This document shows, in pieces, positions 1 to 8,923 of a DNA stretch of 64,000 nt (position 1 is the first letter of the stretch; each line of letters opens with the position of its first letter). The stretch is taken from IMG/VR virus record IMGVR_UViG_3300021092_000008. One strand, written 5' to 3'. The stretch is from a virus. Position numbers and translations under genes: made by a program. A model generated the notes under the pieces. It saw only the letters and a program-made list of their open reading frames with translations, made no database searches and was not told the DNA's origin.

Positions 1-1
1 T

Positions 2-829
2 ATCAAGAAGAATTTCTTTCCTGCTATAGAATATTTTTCTGGTGCTGCTGATCGTTGCTATTTCTTTACTGCCACTCCTAAGCATTCCAACACTATGTCT
101 AAACCAGGCATGAATGATATTGATGTATACGGTAAGGTTATCTGTGATGTTCCTGCTACCGATATGGTCAAGCAAGGTTATATTCTTCCTCCTACCGTTG
201 TTCCTTACGTTGTTGATTACGAACGTTTGAAAGGTGATCTTGCTGCTAGCAGCGATCATGTTACTCTCGTTAATATTATCGACGAACTGGATGAGGATGC
301 TGCTTCTAAAATTCTGGTGGCAGTTCCTAGCAGCAAAGTGATGTGGAATCTGCTGTCTCAAACTACTATTCTCAATGACCTTGAAGATCGTGGTTATGAT
401 GTGCTTCATATCACTAGCAAGTATGGTGCTTGGGTTAACAAAACCAAAGTCAACCGTGAGGTATTCTTTGATACGTTCAATGCTTGGGGCAAAGATCCCA
501 ACCGTAAATTTGTAATTTTCCATTATAGCATTCTTGCTGAGGGTATCAACGTTCATGGTCTGACTCACACCATTCTGCTCCGTACTCTTGATGTCATCGA
601 GATGGCACAGACTATCGGTAGGGTTATCCGTCTCAATAAAGACGATGCTGCTGACCTTTCTAGTGGTAGAATTGCTGTTGGTGACTATGCTATGTACCGT
701 AAACCCACTGGTTTTGTGACTGTTCCTGTGTTCAAGAACTATGGTGATCGTACTATCAAACGTCTTCAGAACCTTGTCGATACTATTTTCGTTCAAGGCA
801 AACCCGCTGTTTCTGTGGTCAACCGATGA
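2..829 (+). CDS. SF2 (DEAD-like / type III restriction Res-like) helicase, 5'-truncated
   Basis: The frame is open from position 2 (IKKNFFPAIEYFSGAADRCYFFTATPK), which contains motif III TAT. Also motif V ILAEGINV and motif VI QTIGRVIR. The track start at 95 is internal. Confidence 0.85.
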   Translation: MKKNFFPAIEYFSGAADRCYFFTATPKHSNTMSKPGMNDIDVYGKVICDVPATDMVKQGYILPPTVVPYVVDYERLKGDLAASSDHVTLVNIIDELDEDAASKILVAVPSSKVMWNLLSQTTILNDLEDRGYDVLHITSKYGAWVNKTKVNREVFFDTFNAWGKDPNRKFVIFHYSILAEGINVHGLTHTILLRTLDVIEMAQTIGRVIRLNKDDAADLSSGRIAVGDYAMYRKPTGFVTVPVFKNYGDRTIKRLQNLVDTIFVQGKPAVSVVNR

Positions 830-1824
830 CTAAACTTACTAAACTTACCCGTAAAATCGATTACAAAGACCAGTTGCTGACATACAAGCAACTGGAAGGT
901 GTGGTTGCTCGTAAGCATATTCTTACTGGATCAGCTGCTGAGATTATCAACAATTCAAAAATCAACGATTTTGGATGGGAATCAGCAGCACTGGCATATT
1001 CTACCTTCACAACAGATGAGCGAGCAGATATTCGTAAATCTGGGCAGCAACTCGCTAAAGGTTACTACAATCCTACAACTGAGACAATTGATTCTCCTAA
1101 TGTTCAACCTACGAATGATAGGGGTATTCTTGTAACTCAAATGTATCTCAATCAGGATCGTTGCTGTGCTTACAGTGGTGATGGTCCTTACCATATTCTA
1201 GATTTTCAGGTAGAACATATTAATCCTAGTGGTGGCGACCACCCAGACAACATTGTACTTGTTCTCGCTAATGTAAATGAGAATAAAAAGCAATCTGTAG
1301 AGAGCTTCCTTGAACGTTGTGAACAGCGTTATAACATGGGAGAACTTGAATATGCCAAATGGTATAAGGATATGAAAGATGCTGTCAAACGTGGGCAGAA
1401 AAAGAAATCTGAAATTCTCTCCATGAATGAGGATGAGTTACGAACATACTGGTTGACACGTACAACACCAAAGTATGACAAATATGTGTGGCGTAATATT
1501 GGTATGTCATCTCTCAGTGAGTTTCGTATCCTGAAAAAAACAGGAGAGGAACGTAAAGGTGGTAGTCAAGGTAACTATGTGGACATTCTAAGCACTATTG
1601 CTGCTGAATATCTGTTTGGCGATCCTGATCTGGCACGAGAAATTTATAAATCTGCTAGGTTATTTCGTAGTACTTATTTGAATGGAAAGATTCAAAACGA
1701 TGTCTATGCTATTCTTACCACAGAAATCATAGAGTTGTCAAATCACATCTATCCAAGTTATAATAGAGACAAATTTATTGCTAACATCATCCGAAACAAT
1801 TATACATGGCAACATCTAAACTGA
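826..1824 (+). CDS. HNH endonuclease domain protein (332 aa)
   Basis: CCAYSG...FQVEHINPSGGDHPDNIVLVLANVNENK is an HNH (bba-Me) core. ATGA overlap with the helicase stop. Confidence 0.75.
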   Translation: MTKLTKLTRKIDYKDQLLTYKQLEGVVARKHILTGSAAEIINNSKINDFGWESAALAYSTFTTDERADIRKSGQQLAKGYYNPTTETIDSPNVQPTNDRGILVTQMYLNQDRCCAYSGDGPYHILDFQVEHINPSGGDHPDNIVLVLANVNENKKQSVESFLERCEQRYNMGELEYAKWYKDMKDAVKRGQKKKSEILSMNEDELRTYWLTRTTPKYDKYVWRNIGMSSLSEFRILKKTGEERKGGSQGNYVDILSTIAAEYLFGDPDLAREIYKSARLFRSTYLNGKIQNDVYAILTTEIIELSNHIYPSYNRDKFIANIIRNNYTWQHLN

Positions 1825-2645
1825 CTAACCATTCCCTGTATCGTTACGCTGGTGGTAAGAACAGGATGAAAAAAGATTTGATTCAGATTATCAAGGATGT
1901 AAATCCTGGTTTGACCAAGATTGTAGCGCCATTTATGGGTGGAGGATCAACTGAGATTCTGATGGCAGCACAAGGTATCAAGGTGCAATCGTATGATATT
2001 TTTCGACCGCTAGCAGACTTCTGGGAGATCGTCACGGCAGGTGGCGGCGGGCGAATCGCTGATGAAGTGACCAAGCATTACCCATTAATTGATAGCAATC
2101 ACTATAAATCCTTCCTTCCGTTGTTGGATAGTGAGGATAAGTTCATCAGAGCGTGGGCATTTTACATTGCAATCAAGGGTTCGTACTCAGGTAAGATCGG
2201 ATGTTCTACCGTTAAGTCTAGAGCAGAGTTCAGACTTGTGGGAATTGATAAACTTAGGAATTTTTATAACCCGAACCTGTCGTTTGCCTACGGTAGTTGC
2301 TTCGACACGATTCCAAAGCACAAAAATGACTTCTTGTATCTGGATCCACCATATTACGAGACTGTTAGCCACTATTATGGTAAAGATGGTGCCCTTCACA
2401 AATCATTTGATCACGAAGCATTCTGTGATACTTTGAAGCAACACAAAGGTGGGTTCGTGATGTCTTATGACAACAGTGATGCTGTTCGTGAACTCTATCA
2501 AGGGTGGACAGAATTCAGGTATCTTACATTCCCTTATCAAATGTCGGGCACCAAACGTTACGATAAAACTGAATTGGTGATTGTCAAGCATCCAGAGCAC
2601 TCTATACAAAAACCACAAACTGTGCTAGAATCTTTCATGGTATAA
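1806..2645 (+). CDS. dam: D12-class N6-adenine DNA methyltransferase (Dam-like)
   Basis: N-terminal RYAGGK, motif I PFMGGGS, motif IV YLDPPY, FDHE, MSYDN and C-terminal TELVI. Target specificity cannot be read from the sequence. Confidence 0.88.
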   Translation: MATSKLTNHSLYRYAGGKNRMKKDLIQIIKDVNPGLTKIVAPFMGGGSTEILMAAQGIKVQSYDIFRPLADFWEIVTAGGGGRIADEVTKHYPLIDSNHYKSFLPLLDSEDKFIRAWAFYIAIKGSYSGKIGCSTVKSRAEFRLVGIDKLRNFYNPNLSFAYGSCFDTIPKHKNDFLYLDPPYYETVSHYYGKDGALHKSFDHEAFCDTLKQHKGGFVMSYDNSDAVRELYQGWTEFRYLTFPYQMSGTKRYDKTELVIVKHPEHSIQKPQTVLESFMV

Positions 2646-2646
2646 T
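2638..2646 (+). promoter_or_regulatory. Extended -10 promoter (TGgTATAAT)
   Basis: TGGTATAAT overlaps the dam stop, about 30 nt upstream of the next ORF. Confidence 0.5.
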
Positions 2647-2677
2647 TCTCATATATAACGTGTAACGGAAAATAATT

Positions 2678-2938
2678 ATGCTTAATATTTACTACTATAT
2701 TATCTTTACTATATTTGCTGTAATAGCATATATGATGATTGTAGATGAAAATGTAGTTAGATATATTGAGATTATGTTTCAACTCTTCGTTATCAACTTG
2801 AAAAGATTATATTATATGGTTGTTTTTCATCCAGATAATAAACTTACCACCTGGAGTATGAATTATAAATTCAATCGAATGACTCGTAAACTACAAAAAG
2901 AAATGGAACAAAATGACTCATCACGACCTATTGATTGA
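2678..2938 (+). CDS. Hypothetical membrane protein
   Basis: ORF with a hydrophobic N-terminal segment. Confidence 0.65.
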   Translation: MLNIYYYIIFTIFAVIAYMMIVDENVVRYIEIMFQLFVINLKRLYYMVVFHPDNKLTTWSMNYKFNRMTRKLQKEMEQNDSSRPID

Positions 2939-3141
2939 TGATTAACATGACGCATTACGATAAATTAATTGACACGCTCATTATGCATCTCTATGATGCA
3001 TGGGAGCACAAATATTGGGATGAGCAGCTAGCAAAAAGAAAAGCACATGAGATTCTAACAACTGTGGAAGCATTTCAACAAAACCGTGTCTTAACAACTA
3101 CAGACACATCTGTATATGCACAATGGAGGGCAAGTGACTAA
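2935..3141 (+). CDS. Hypothetical protein
   Basis: ORF in a tightly packed operon; exact start uncertain. Confidence 0.6.
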   Translation: MMINMTHYDKLIDTLIMHLYDAWEHKYWDEQLAKRKAHEILTTVEAFQQNRVLTTTDTSVYAQWRASD

Positions 3142-3352
3142 TTCTAAATTTCCATATGAAACGTTTCCATATCGTTTAGATATTAAAAAAGAAAATAGAG
3201 TTTGCTGGTTTATTCACGAAGAACATTTAAATAAACTTATTGAACGAGAAAAATTAAATCCTAAAAATTATGAAGTATCCACGAATGGTGTGGCGTTGGT
3301 GGGCAAAGTCACTGGGTCAAAAAGCAAGCGACAACGACAACGAAGCAGATAA
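3134..3352 (+). CDS. Hypothetical phage protein
   Basis: GTG start after GGAGG; FPYETFPYRL...CWF. Confidence 0.6.
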   Translation: MTNSKFPYETFPYRLDIKKENRVCWFIHEEHLNKLIEREKLNPKNYEVSTNGVALVGKVTGSKSKRQRQRSR

Positions 3353-3599
3353 GGTTGCTATCATTCGCACTCTTATGTTTGCTACATATCTTGTCACAAA
3401 TGCTTTTATTATAGCAGGTGTGGTGAGACACTGGAATGACAATCAAATTAATGTTGAGGTAGAAGTCTATGAAAATTCAAACTATTCTGAAAAGTTACAC
3501 TCAGAAAGACGGCACAACTTGGGAGTGGATGGAAACACCAGAATTGAGGGCGTATATCGCTCAGGAGCAATCAAAAATCGCACTGGGGAATTTGAATGA
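3270..3599 (+). CDS. Hypothetical membrane protein
   Basis: WRWWAKSLG...ADKVAIIRT followed by a TM segment; start may be 3285. Confidence 0.6.
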   Translation: MKYPRMVWRWWAKSLGQKASDNDNEADKVAIIRTLMFATYLVTNAFIIAGVVRHWNDNQINVEVEVYENSNYSEKLHSERRHNLGVDGNTRIEGVYRSGAIKNRTGEFE

Positions 3600-3621
3600 G
3601 CGCCCAAAACGAGTATCCTAA
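3469..3621 (+). CDS. Small hypothetical protein (50 aa, not in ORF track)
   Basis: GAGGT SD, then MKIQTILKSYTQKDGTTWEWMETPELRAY...; overlaps the 3' part of the previous ORF. Confidence 0.4.
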   Translation: MKIQTILKSYTQKDGTTWEWMETPELRAYIAQEQSKIALGNLNERPKRVS

Positions 3622-3644
3622 AATTATGGAATAGGAGAGAATAG

Positions 3645-4295
3645 TTGTATAAAGTATTTTATTCACCTATAAAACCACCAAATGCTGATGGACATGATAT
3701 TTTATCCGAAAGAGATTTAGAACCATCTGAACATCATCATTATCACAACTGTCCTGTTTGGAAACATAAACATAATAGAACGTTTGTGGCTGTATCACCA
3801 ATAGATTTTGAAATAAAAATAAATGGTGAATATTTAGATTATGAGATGAATCCTCTTTATGGCAAAATGATTACGGATGCTGATGAATTAGATTCACAGC
3901 ATCCTGTTTTACAATTATCATTTCCATTATATTATTTTTGGACCGAAGAAAAAAATCTTTGGGTTGAAATGTTAGATCATCCAATGACTTCTTATAACAA
4001 TAATATGATTGTTATTGGTGGATGGTGGAATCTTTTTAATCATCCGAGGTCAGTAAGCACAGCGGTCAAATATGTCAATAAAGATAATTCTATCATCATT
4101 AAAAAGGGAGATCCTTTATATAGAATCAGATTCTATGGAGAAGATCTAAATTCAGGAGTGAAATTACTTCATTCTAAAGATGTCCCTAAACATATTATAG
4201 ATCAACGTATCGTATCAAAACCATCAAATTCTAATAGATCAACGTTACACAGACGGTTATTTTCCAAGCAATGTCCTTTTAAGAATTTTTTATGA
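3645..4295 (+). CDS. Hypothetical phage protein (216 aa)
   Basis: TTG start after AGGAG; contains CPVW and IIIKKGDPLYRIRF. Confidence 0.7.
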   Translation: MYKVFYSPIKPPNADGHDILSERDLEPSEHHHYHNCPVWKHKHNRTFVAVSPIDFEIKINGEYLDYEMNPLYGKMITDADELDSQHPVLQLSFPLYYFWTEEKNLWVEMLDHPMTSYNNNMIVIGGWWNLFNHPRSVSTAVKYVNKDNSIIIKKGDPLYRIRFYGEDLNSGVKLLHSKDVPKHIIDQRIVSKPSNSNRSTLHRRLFSKQCPFKNFL

Positions 4296-4645
4296 AAACT
4301 AAACTCAGCTGGTTTGAGTATTATATTGGTCATTGTTGGATGACTGGTTGGCAATCAATTCGTGGGTCGTTCCGTATCTGGGCAGACTTGATGACGGGAA
4401 ACTATAAGGACTATGCCCTGATGTGGTATGATGATCCTTATGAAGAATGTGTAGATTGGTTCTGGGGTTCTTTAGGTGATGATGATACCTTACCTAAAGA
4501 ATTCCTTGAGCATTTACTGGAAATGTGTGATAGAATAGATAAAGGTCAAGAAGAACTCATTCCTGCAGATGAAGATTTTTTTGATAGAATGAAAGACCTC
4601 CTAAAAGATGTAGAGCTAGAAAAATATGAAACTGATACAATTTAA
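4292..4645 (+). CDS. Hypothetical protein
   Basis: ATGA-coupled ORF, acidic and Trp-rich. Confidence 0.7.
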   Translation: MKTKLSWFEYYIGHCWMTGWQSIRGSFRIWADLMTGNYKDYALMWYDDPYEECVDWFWGSLGDDDTLPKEFLEHLLEMCDRIDKGQEELIPADEDFFDRMKDLLKDVELEKYETDTI

Positions 4646-4910
4646 ACACTGGTATGATTATGGGCATGAATGGTGTGTCCAAATTTTCAATACATCTAAG
4701 CATTATCCAAAAAATTTAAAATTATTATCATTACTACAGCTTTCTGTAGGATGGTGTGATTTTCCTTCTGGACCATATTTACAAATACATATGGGTCAGG
4801 GAAGATTGTTTGGTATGATATTTTTTGCCTATAAATTTACATTTGATATTGACATCTTAGCACCAACATGGCATAGAAGCTATGACTCTTTCTTTGAGGA
4901 TGAGAAATGA
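4626..4910 (+). CDS. Hypothetical protein
   Basis: ORF in operon. Confidence 0.6.
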   Translation: MKLIQFKHWYDYGHEWCVQIFNTSKHYPKNLKLLSLLQLSVGWCDFPSGPYLQIHMGQGRLFGMIFFAYKFTFDIDILAPTWHRSYDSFFEDEK

Positions 4911-5353
4911 CAGATAAAATAACATCTGTTTTTTACAGATACAAATTACAAGGAAGTAATTCATATGATTGTTTCTTTGTGCCAGGAGAACAAATTGATG
5001 ATTTGATTGGTGGTGTGGCATCTGAAATTATAAATGGAGAAGTTGTTTTTCACATTTATGATCTTTCCGATGAGACTATGTTAAATCATCCGTGGGTAAC
5101 ATGGTGGGATAAAAAAATTATTGAGAAAGAAGTTGTATTAACAAAACTCCCCACCAAAAAGGGTAACAAAATCAATTGGAAATCACGTAATCGTGGTGGT
5201 GGTGTCAAGCATAAAAATTTTGACAAAACTGATGCCAAGCTGTACTATAAAGAAACGGAAAGGGTAATCAATCCTAAAAGCAAACCACCTAAAAAAGTTG
5301 AAGAACCCCCCATGGGTATCATAAACATCATCAAAAAAGAGGAGGATTCCTAA
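4907..5353 (+). CDS. Hypothetical protein
   Basis: ATGA-coupled ORF with a basic C-terminus. Confidence 0.6.
   Translation: MTDKITSVFYRYKLQGSNSYDCFFVPGEQIDDLIGGVASEIINGEVVFHIYDLSDETMLNHPWVTWWDKKIIEKEVVLTKLPTKKGNKINWKSRNRGGGVKHKNFDKTDAKLYYKETERVINPKSKPPKKVEEPPMGIINIIKKEEDS
5220..5248 (+). promoter_or_regulatory. sigma70-type promoter TTGACA-N17-TACTAT (intragenic)
   Basis: Consensus -35, 17-bp spacer and near-consensus -10. Confidence 0.45.
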
Positions 5354-5583
5354 TGACTCAACTTATTAACCCTTCCGACCCACGCTTTTTTCGACAAACA
5401 TCTAACGAACCCTACCTTCGTCACGATTATAAATTAGTATCGAGCACTGGCGAATTTGTTATCTTTGATAATTATGAAGATGTACAGCGTAGATGGTTTG
5501 AGCGTAGTGGTCATTTTTTAAGTCACATTGAGGTTCTAGATCATAAAGAACCGAAGAAAAGTAAAAAAACAAAGGGGTTTTGA
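5353..5583 (+). CDS. Hypothetical phage protein
   Basis: GGAGG SD; TAATG coupling; ends KGF. Confidence 0.7.
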   Translation: MTQLINPSDPRFFRQTSNEPYLRHDYKLVSSTGEFVIFDNYEDVQRRWFERSGHFLSHIEVLDHKEPKKSKKTKGF

Positions 5584-5811
5584 ATGATTAAACTGACACC
5601 AACCTCCCTTAGAATTACGGGTAGTATTCTTCTTGTAATTGGCTATTTTATACTTCTTTATGGTGATATGAAAACTGGTTGCTGGTTTCGTTTAATCGGT
5701 GGATTAGTCATGGTTCCCTTCTCTATTCAAATCAAAACCTGGGATGTTCTAGTGCTACAAGCGTTTTTTTCTGTTATAGATATTTCAAAAATTATACAAT
5801 TATCATCATGA
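5584..5811 (+). CDS. Small membrane protein
   Basis: Two to three hydrophobic segments. Confidence 0.65.
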   Translation: MIKLTPTSLRITGSILLVIGYFILLYGDMKTGCWFRLIGGLVMVPFSIQIKTWDVLVLQAFFSVIDISKIIQLSS

Positions 5812-5817
5812 CTATCG

Positions 5818-5871
5818 ATAAGCAATGCTTATGAAACACCGCTTGACACCACCGTTGAGCGGTGCTATATT
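5818..5871 (+). promoter_or_regulatory. Early promoter TTGACA-N17-TATATT with upstream palindrome ATAAGCA-A-TGCTTAT
   Basis: -35 at 5843-5848, -10 at 5866-5871, palindrome at 5818-5832, and a CACCGCT/AGCGGTG inverted repeat around the -35. Confidence 0.7.
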
Positions 5872-5891
5872 GTATTCAAATACATAAAACA

Positions 5892-6092
5892 ATGAGACGA
5901 GTCACTGTAAGACCTAAATCTAGCAAGGCGAAGAATCGTCTTGCTAACTCTATGGATGGTAATCCTATCTGTGTTGTTGAGCAGGACAAAGGAGATGGTA
6001 TGCTGTTTCTCGCTAGTGAGAACCAGAAATACTTCTTCTGGGTCAATGTAAGTGAAGATTGCCACTGGGAAACTGAATGGGAGGTTCTATGA
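5892..6092 (+). CDS. Hypothetical protein
   Basis: MRRVTVRPKSSKAKNRLANSM; start placed downstream of the promoter. Confidence 0.7.
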   Translation: MRRVTVRPKSSKAKNRLANSMDGNPICVVEQDKGDGMLFLASENQKYFFWVNVSEDCHWETEWEVL

Positions 6093-6274
6093 GCTACACT
6101 ATCACCAAACACATCCAAATTCAACACGAAGAAGATGATTGGAGTTTTGATTTTACTGCTGATGAGCATGGGACTGTGAGTGTAGAGGATGGTAATGGAC
6201 AAGGATTTGAAACCATTCACATTCCCAAAGATTGTATTCAACACTTTATTGACGTTCTGGAGCAATACAAATGA
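6089..6274 (+). CDS. Hypothetical protein
   Basis: GGAGG SD; ATGA coupling. Confidence 0.65.
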   Translation: MSYTITKHIQIQHEEDDWSFDFTADEHGTVSVEDGNGQGFETIHIPKDCIQHFIDVLEQYK

Positions 6275-6453
6275 AACCTAAAATGTATCACATTCTCAGT
6301 CTTGCTGTAGAGCAAGGTGTACGTGATGGATGGCGTCGTGCTTATAAACATACTGATAACCCACACGAAGATAGTGTCCAAGAATATATTGAAGAAGCTG
6401 TAATGTCTTCCATTCACGATTATTTTGTATTTGATGAGGATGAATACCAATGA
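6271..6453 (+). CDS. Hypothetical protein
   Basis: ATGA coupling. Confidence 0.65.
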   Translation: MKPKMYHILSLAVEQGVRDGWRRAYKHTDNPHEDSVQEYIEEAVMSSIHDYFVFDEDEYQ

Positions 6454-6683
6454 ATAACACTATGTATTTTGATGATATGGAACTGATGCAACTTCAGTTC
6501 TGTATGGAACAAACAAAAAAACAAATGTCGATGGGTGGAGAAATCCGTCGCCACGCTTCTATTACACAAAAGATTGAAGAAGAAATGGAGCGTCGTAAGC
6601 AAGAAACTGGTGCTTATACTACAGAAGGTTTGCTTCGTCGTCTAGAAGAAGAAATGGAACGTCTTGCAAATGATTACCAATGA
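6450..6683 (+). CDS. Hypothetical protein
   Basis: ATGA coupling; helical and charged. Confidence 0.65.
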   Translation: MNNTMYFDDMELMQLQFCMEQTKKQMSMGGEIRRHASITQKIEEEMERRKQETGAYTTEGLLRRLEEEMERLANDYQ

Positions 6684-6985
6684 AAAAGTATAAAGAAGAG
6701 TATTTTTCAGTTCTTGATAAAAAGACTGGAAAAAAACTATTAGATTGTGGTGATGAACTTGATGCTTTAGCGATGGTTGCTATGGATTCACAGAACCGTA
6801 CCTATATTAGCAATCAGTTTCTGATGGGTCGAGTGGTGGATGTTCAGATGCCCAAAGTACTACCAACCAATGAGATTGTTGTGAATATGAACGGTGGAGT
6901 TGGTGGGTCTTGGGAAGTTCGTGAACCACAACCACTTCCACAAATCAAACTTCCAGAAAGACAAGCAGAACCTGTAAGAGTATAA
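6680..6985 (+). CDS. Hypothetical protein
   Basis: ATGA coupling. Confidence 0.65.
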   Translation: MKKYKEEYFSVLDKKTGKKLLDCGDELDALAMVAMDSQNRTYISNQFLMGRVVDVQMPKVLPTNEIVVNMNGGVGGSWEVREPQPLPQIKLPERQAEPVRV

Positions 6986-6987
6986 CT

Positions 6988-7119
6988 ATGACTAACGAAC
7001 AAATTAAAAAACTAAAACTTATTGCTAAAGAAAATACTATTGAGGAACGACTTACTCGTATTGAAGATAAAGTTGATTTACTCATTACTCAACTCAAAAT
7101 AGAATTTTATAAGAAATAA
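6988..7119 (+). CDS. Small coiled-coil hypothetical protein (43 aa, not in track)
   Basis: MTNEQIKKLKLIAKENTIEERLTRIEDKVDLLITQLKIEFYKK. Confidence 0.5.
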   Translation: MTNEQIKKLKLIAKENTIEERLTRIEDKVDLLITQLKIEFYKK

Positions 7120-7171
7120 TCTAAGTCAAAATTCAACACAAACCATAGAATTTTTCATATAAGGTGGTAAA

Positions 7172-7411
7172 ATGAATCTCTATATTATCAGCAATGTTCT
7201 TTGGGATGCTACTCGTGGAATGTGTGTAATTGCTGCCGAATCTATGTCTCATTGTGAAGAGATTTATGTTAAAAAGTTTGAGCATTATGAGATGTGGTCA
7301 GGTGGTGAGATTATTGACGCACAAACAGATTTTAAGGATGGAACATTTCAGGTGATTGAAAATATCAATCATCCCGCAGGTGTTATTAATTATGTTTTTG
7401 GAGGAGGTTGA
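7172..7411 (+). CDS. Hypothetical protein
   Basis: AAGGTGG SD; MNLYII...YVFGGG. Confidence 0.65.
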   Translation: MNLYIISNVLWDATRGMCVIAAESMSHCEEIYVKKFEHYEMWSGGEIIDAQTDFKDGTFQVIENINHPAGVINYVFGGG

Positions 7412-7412
7412 A

Positions 7413-7565
7413 ATGACTGACGAACAAATTGAGATGCTGCGGCGTCTCATTCAAGATGAGATTGAAGTTGCTGGTGTTGATGGTATGGAACACGGTGTAT
7501 GGGGCTGGATGGATAGTCAATTAGACAAACGATGGAAACAGTTTCAGGAGAGTTTCAATGATTGA
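7413..7565 (+). CDS. Hypothetical protein
   Basis: GGAGG SD before MTDEQIEMLRRLI. Confidence 0.6.
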   Translation: MTDEQIEMLRRLIQDEIEVAGVDGMEHGVWGWMDSQLDKRWKQFQESFND

Positions 7566-7607
7566 ATATATAGAGATACGTGGCCAAATTTAGGGTGGGC
7601 AAAGCGT

Positions 7608-7838
7608 ATGAATATAAGAGCAGGCGATACAGTAAAGTTTGTAGGATGCTCACCAGAGCAGGTTAAATGGGGCAACAGCGATGATCCAACTGGTATTTTA
7701 ATTGTAGGTGACAAATACTATGTAGAGCATGTAGAAGTGCATTCACAGCACACTAAGATTGAATTACGTGGTATACTAAAACAAAAGTTTAACTCAGTAT
7801 GTTTTGAGGTAATCCGTGACAGACAAAGAACTTTATAA
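7608..7838 (+). CDS. Hypothetical phage protein
   Basis: GDTVKFVG...QVKWG...FNSVCFE. Confidence 0.65.
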   Translation: MNIRAGDTVKFVGCSPEQVKWGNSDDPTGILIVGDKYYVEHVEVHSQHTKIELRGILKQKFNSVCFEVIRDRQRTL

Positions 7839-8010
7839 TCCTGATGAATTTGTCCTAGATGACATCAAAATGTATCACTATGAAGTGATGGAGGAAGGTC
7901 GTCATGTATGGATGGCATTCTACTTGGAAAATGGTAGTGTAGGGCATTTGAATATTTTTCTAAATGATGGTAGAATTCAAACACGCTATGAAGAATGGAA
8001 TGAGGTTTAA
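7816..8010 (+). CDS. Hypothetical protein
   Basis: GAGGT SD with GTG start. Confidence 0.6.
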   Translation: MTDKELYNPDEFVLDDIKMYHYEVMEEGRHVWMAFYLENGSVGHLNIFLNDGRIQTRYEEWNEV

Positions 8011-8012
8011 TA

Positions 8013-8417
8013 ATGGGAATGTTTGATTATTTCCGCTCATCGTATGATTTGGGTGAGCAATTTACAAATACAGTGTGTCAAACCAAAGACATTGAAGAAT
8101 ATGGACTAGGTGGCACAATGACTGACTACTGGTTAGATCCCAGTGGTCAGTTGTGGTATCCAAGTTATCTTGGAACACATGACTTCTGTGAAATCACAGA
8201 GGATGATGACCGATATGATGAGAAGCGTAAGTTTCTCAATTATGAATGGATTTCTACTGGTGTTCATGGTAAGTATCAACCACATCTAATCACAAAGTAT
8301 ATTGAAATCTACCCTGCTGAATGGAAAGGAAAGTGGGAAGATTGGCCCCGTTGTCGATTACATTTCAGGTGTGGTATACTACAAGACTACATGGACATTA
8401 CTGGAAGATTTTTATGA
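8013..8417 (+). CDS. Hypothetical phage protein
   Basis: MGMFDY...QTKD N-terminus, typical of a common phage ORF family. Confidence 0.7.
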   Translation: MGMFDYFRSSYDLGEQFTNTVCQTKDIEEYGLGGTMTDYWLDPSGQLWYPSYLGTHDFCEITEDDDRYDEKRKFLNYEWISTGVHGKYQPHLITKYIEIYPAEWKGKWEDWPRCRLHFRCGILQDYMDITGRFL

Positions 8418-8923
8418 ATATATTCGTTACATCTCCATGGCCAGCAGAATCAGCGATTGTACTGCCTGATAAACATATTGTCAAGATGCCACTAGAGTGT
8501 TGTCAGATGTTATCTATCATTGCTTCTAAATGGTATCACAATTACGGCAAAATCAATAAAGTAAATGGTGTTCCCTATCGTACAGAAAAGGGAGCCTTTC
8601 GTAACCATCCATGTACACAGTGGGCAGCATCAACTATTGACAATGCTTATTGGTTAATTAAGCATGGCATGAACTTATGTGATGAGTATGCCATTCGTTA
8701 CAATAAAATCCATTCTTGTTATAATACTTTACTTGAAGCATATTATTTGTTTCCCAAAGGTAGAATAACTAATGTTACACCATTCGCTAGAGCAATGCCA
8801 AATGAATATAAATTTGACACAAGCATTGACACTTTTACTGCTTACAAAATGTATATTTCGTCCAAACCTTGGGTTGCATCTAATTATCTTCGTATGCCAG
8901 AAAGGAAACCAGAATGGGTATGA
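8414..8923 (+). CDS. denV: Pyrimidine-dimer DNA glycosylase / endonuclease V-like protein
   Basis: MNIFVT...LPDKHIVKMPLECCQML, NHPCTQW and TPFARAMP motifs. Start at 8414 (ATGA coupling) rather than the track's 8321. Confidence 0.75.
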   Translation: MNIFVTSPWPAESAIVLPDKHIVKMPLECCQMLSIIASKWYHNYGKINKVNGVPYRTEKGAFRNHPCTQWAASTIDNAYWLIKHGMNLCDEYAIRYNKIHSCYNTLLEAYYLFPKGRITNVTPFARAMPNEYKFDTSIDTFTAYKMYISSKPWVASNYLRMPERKPEWV

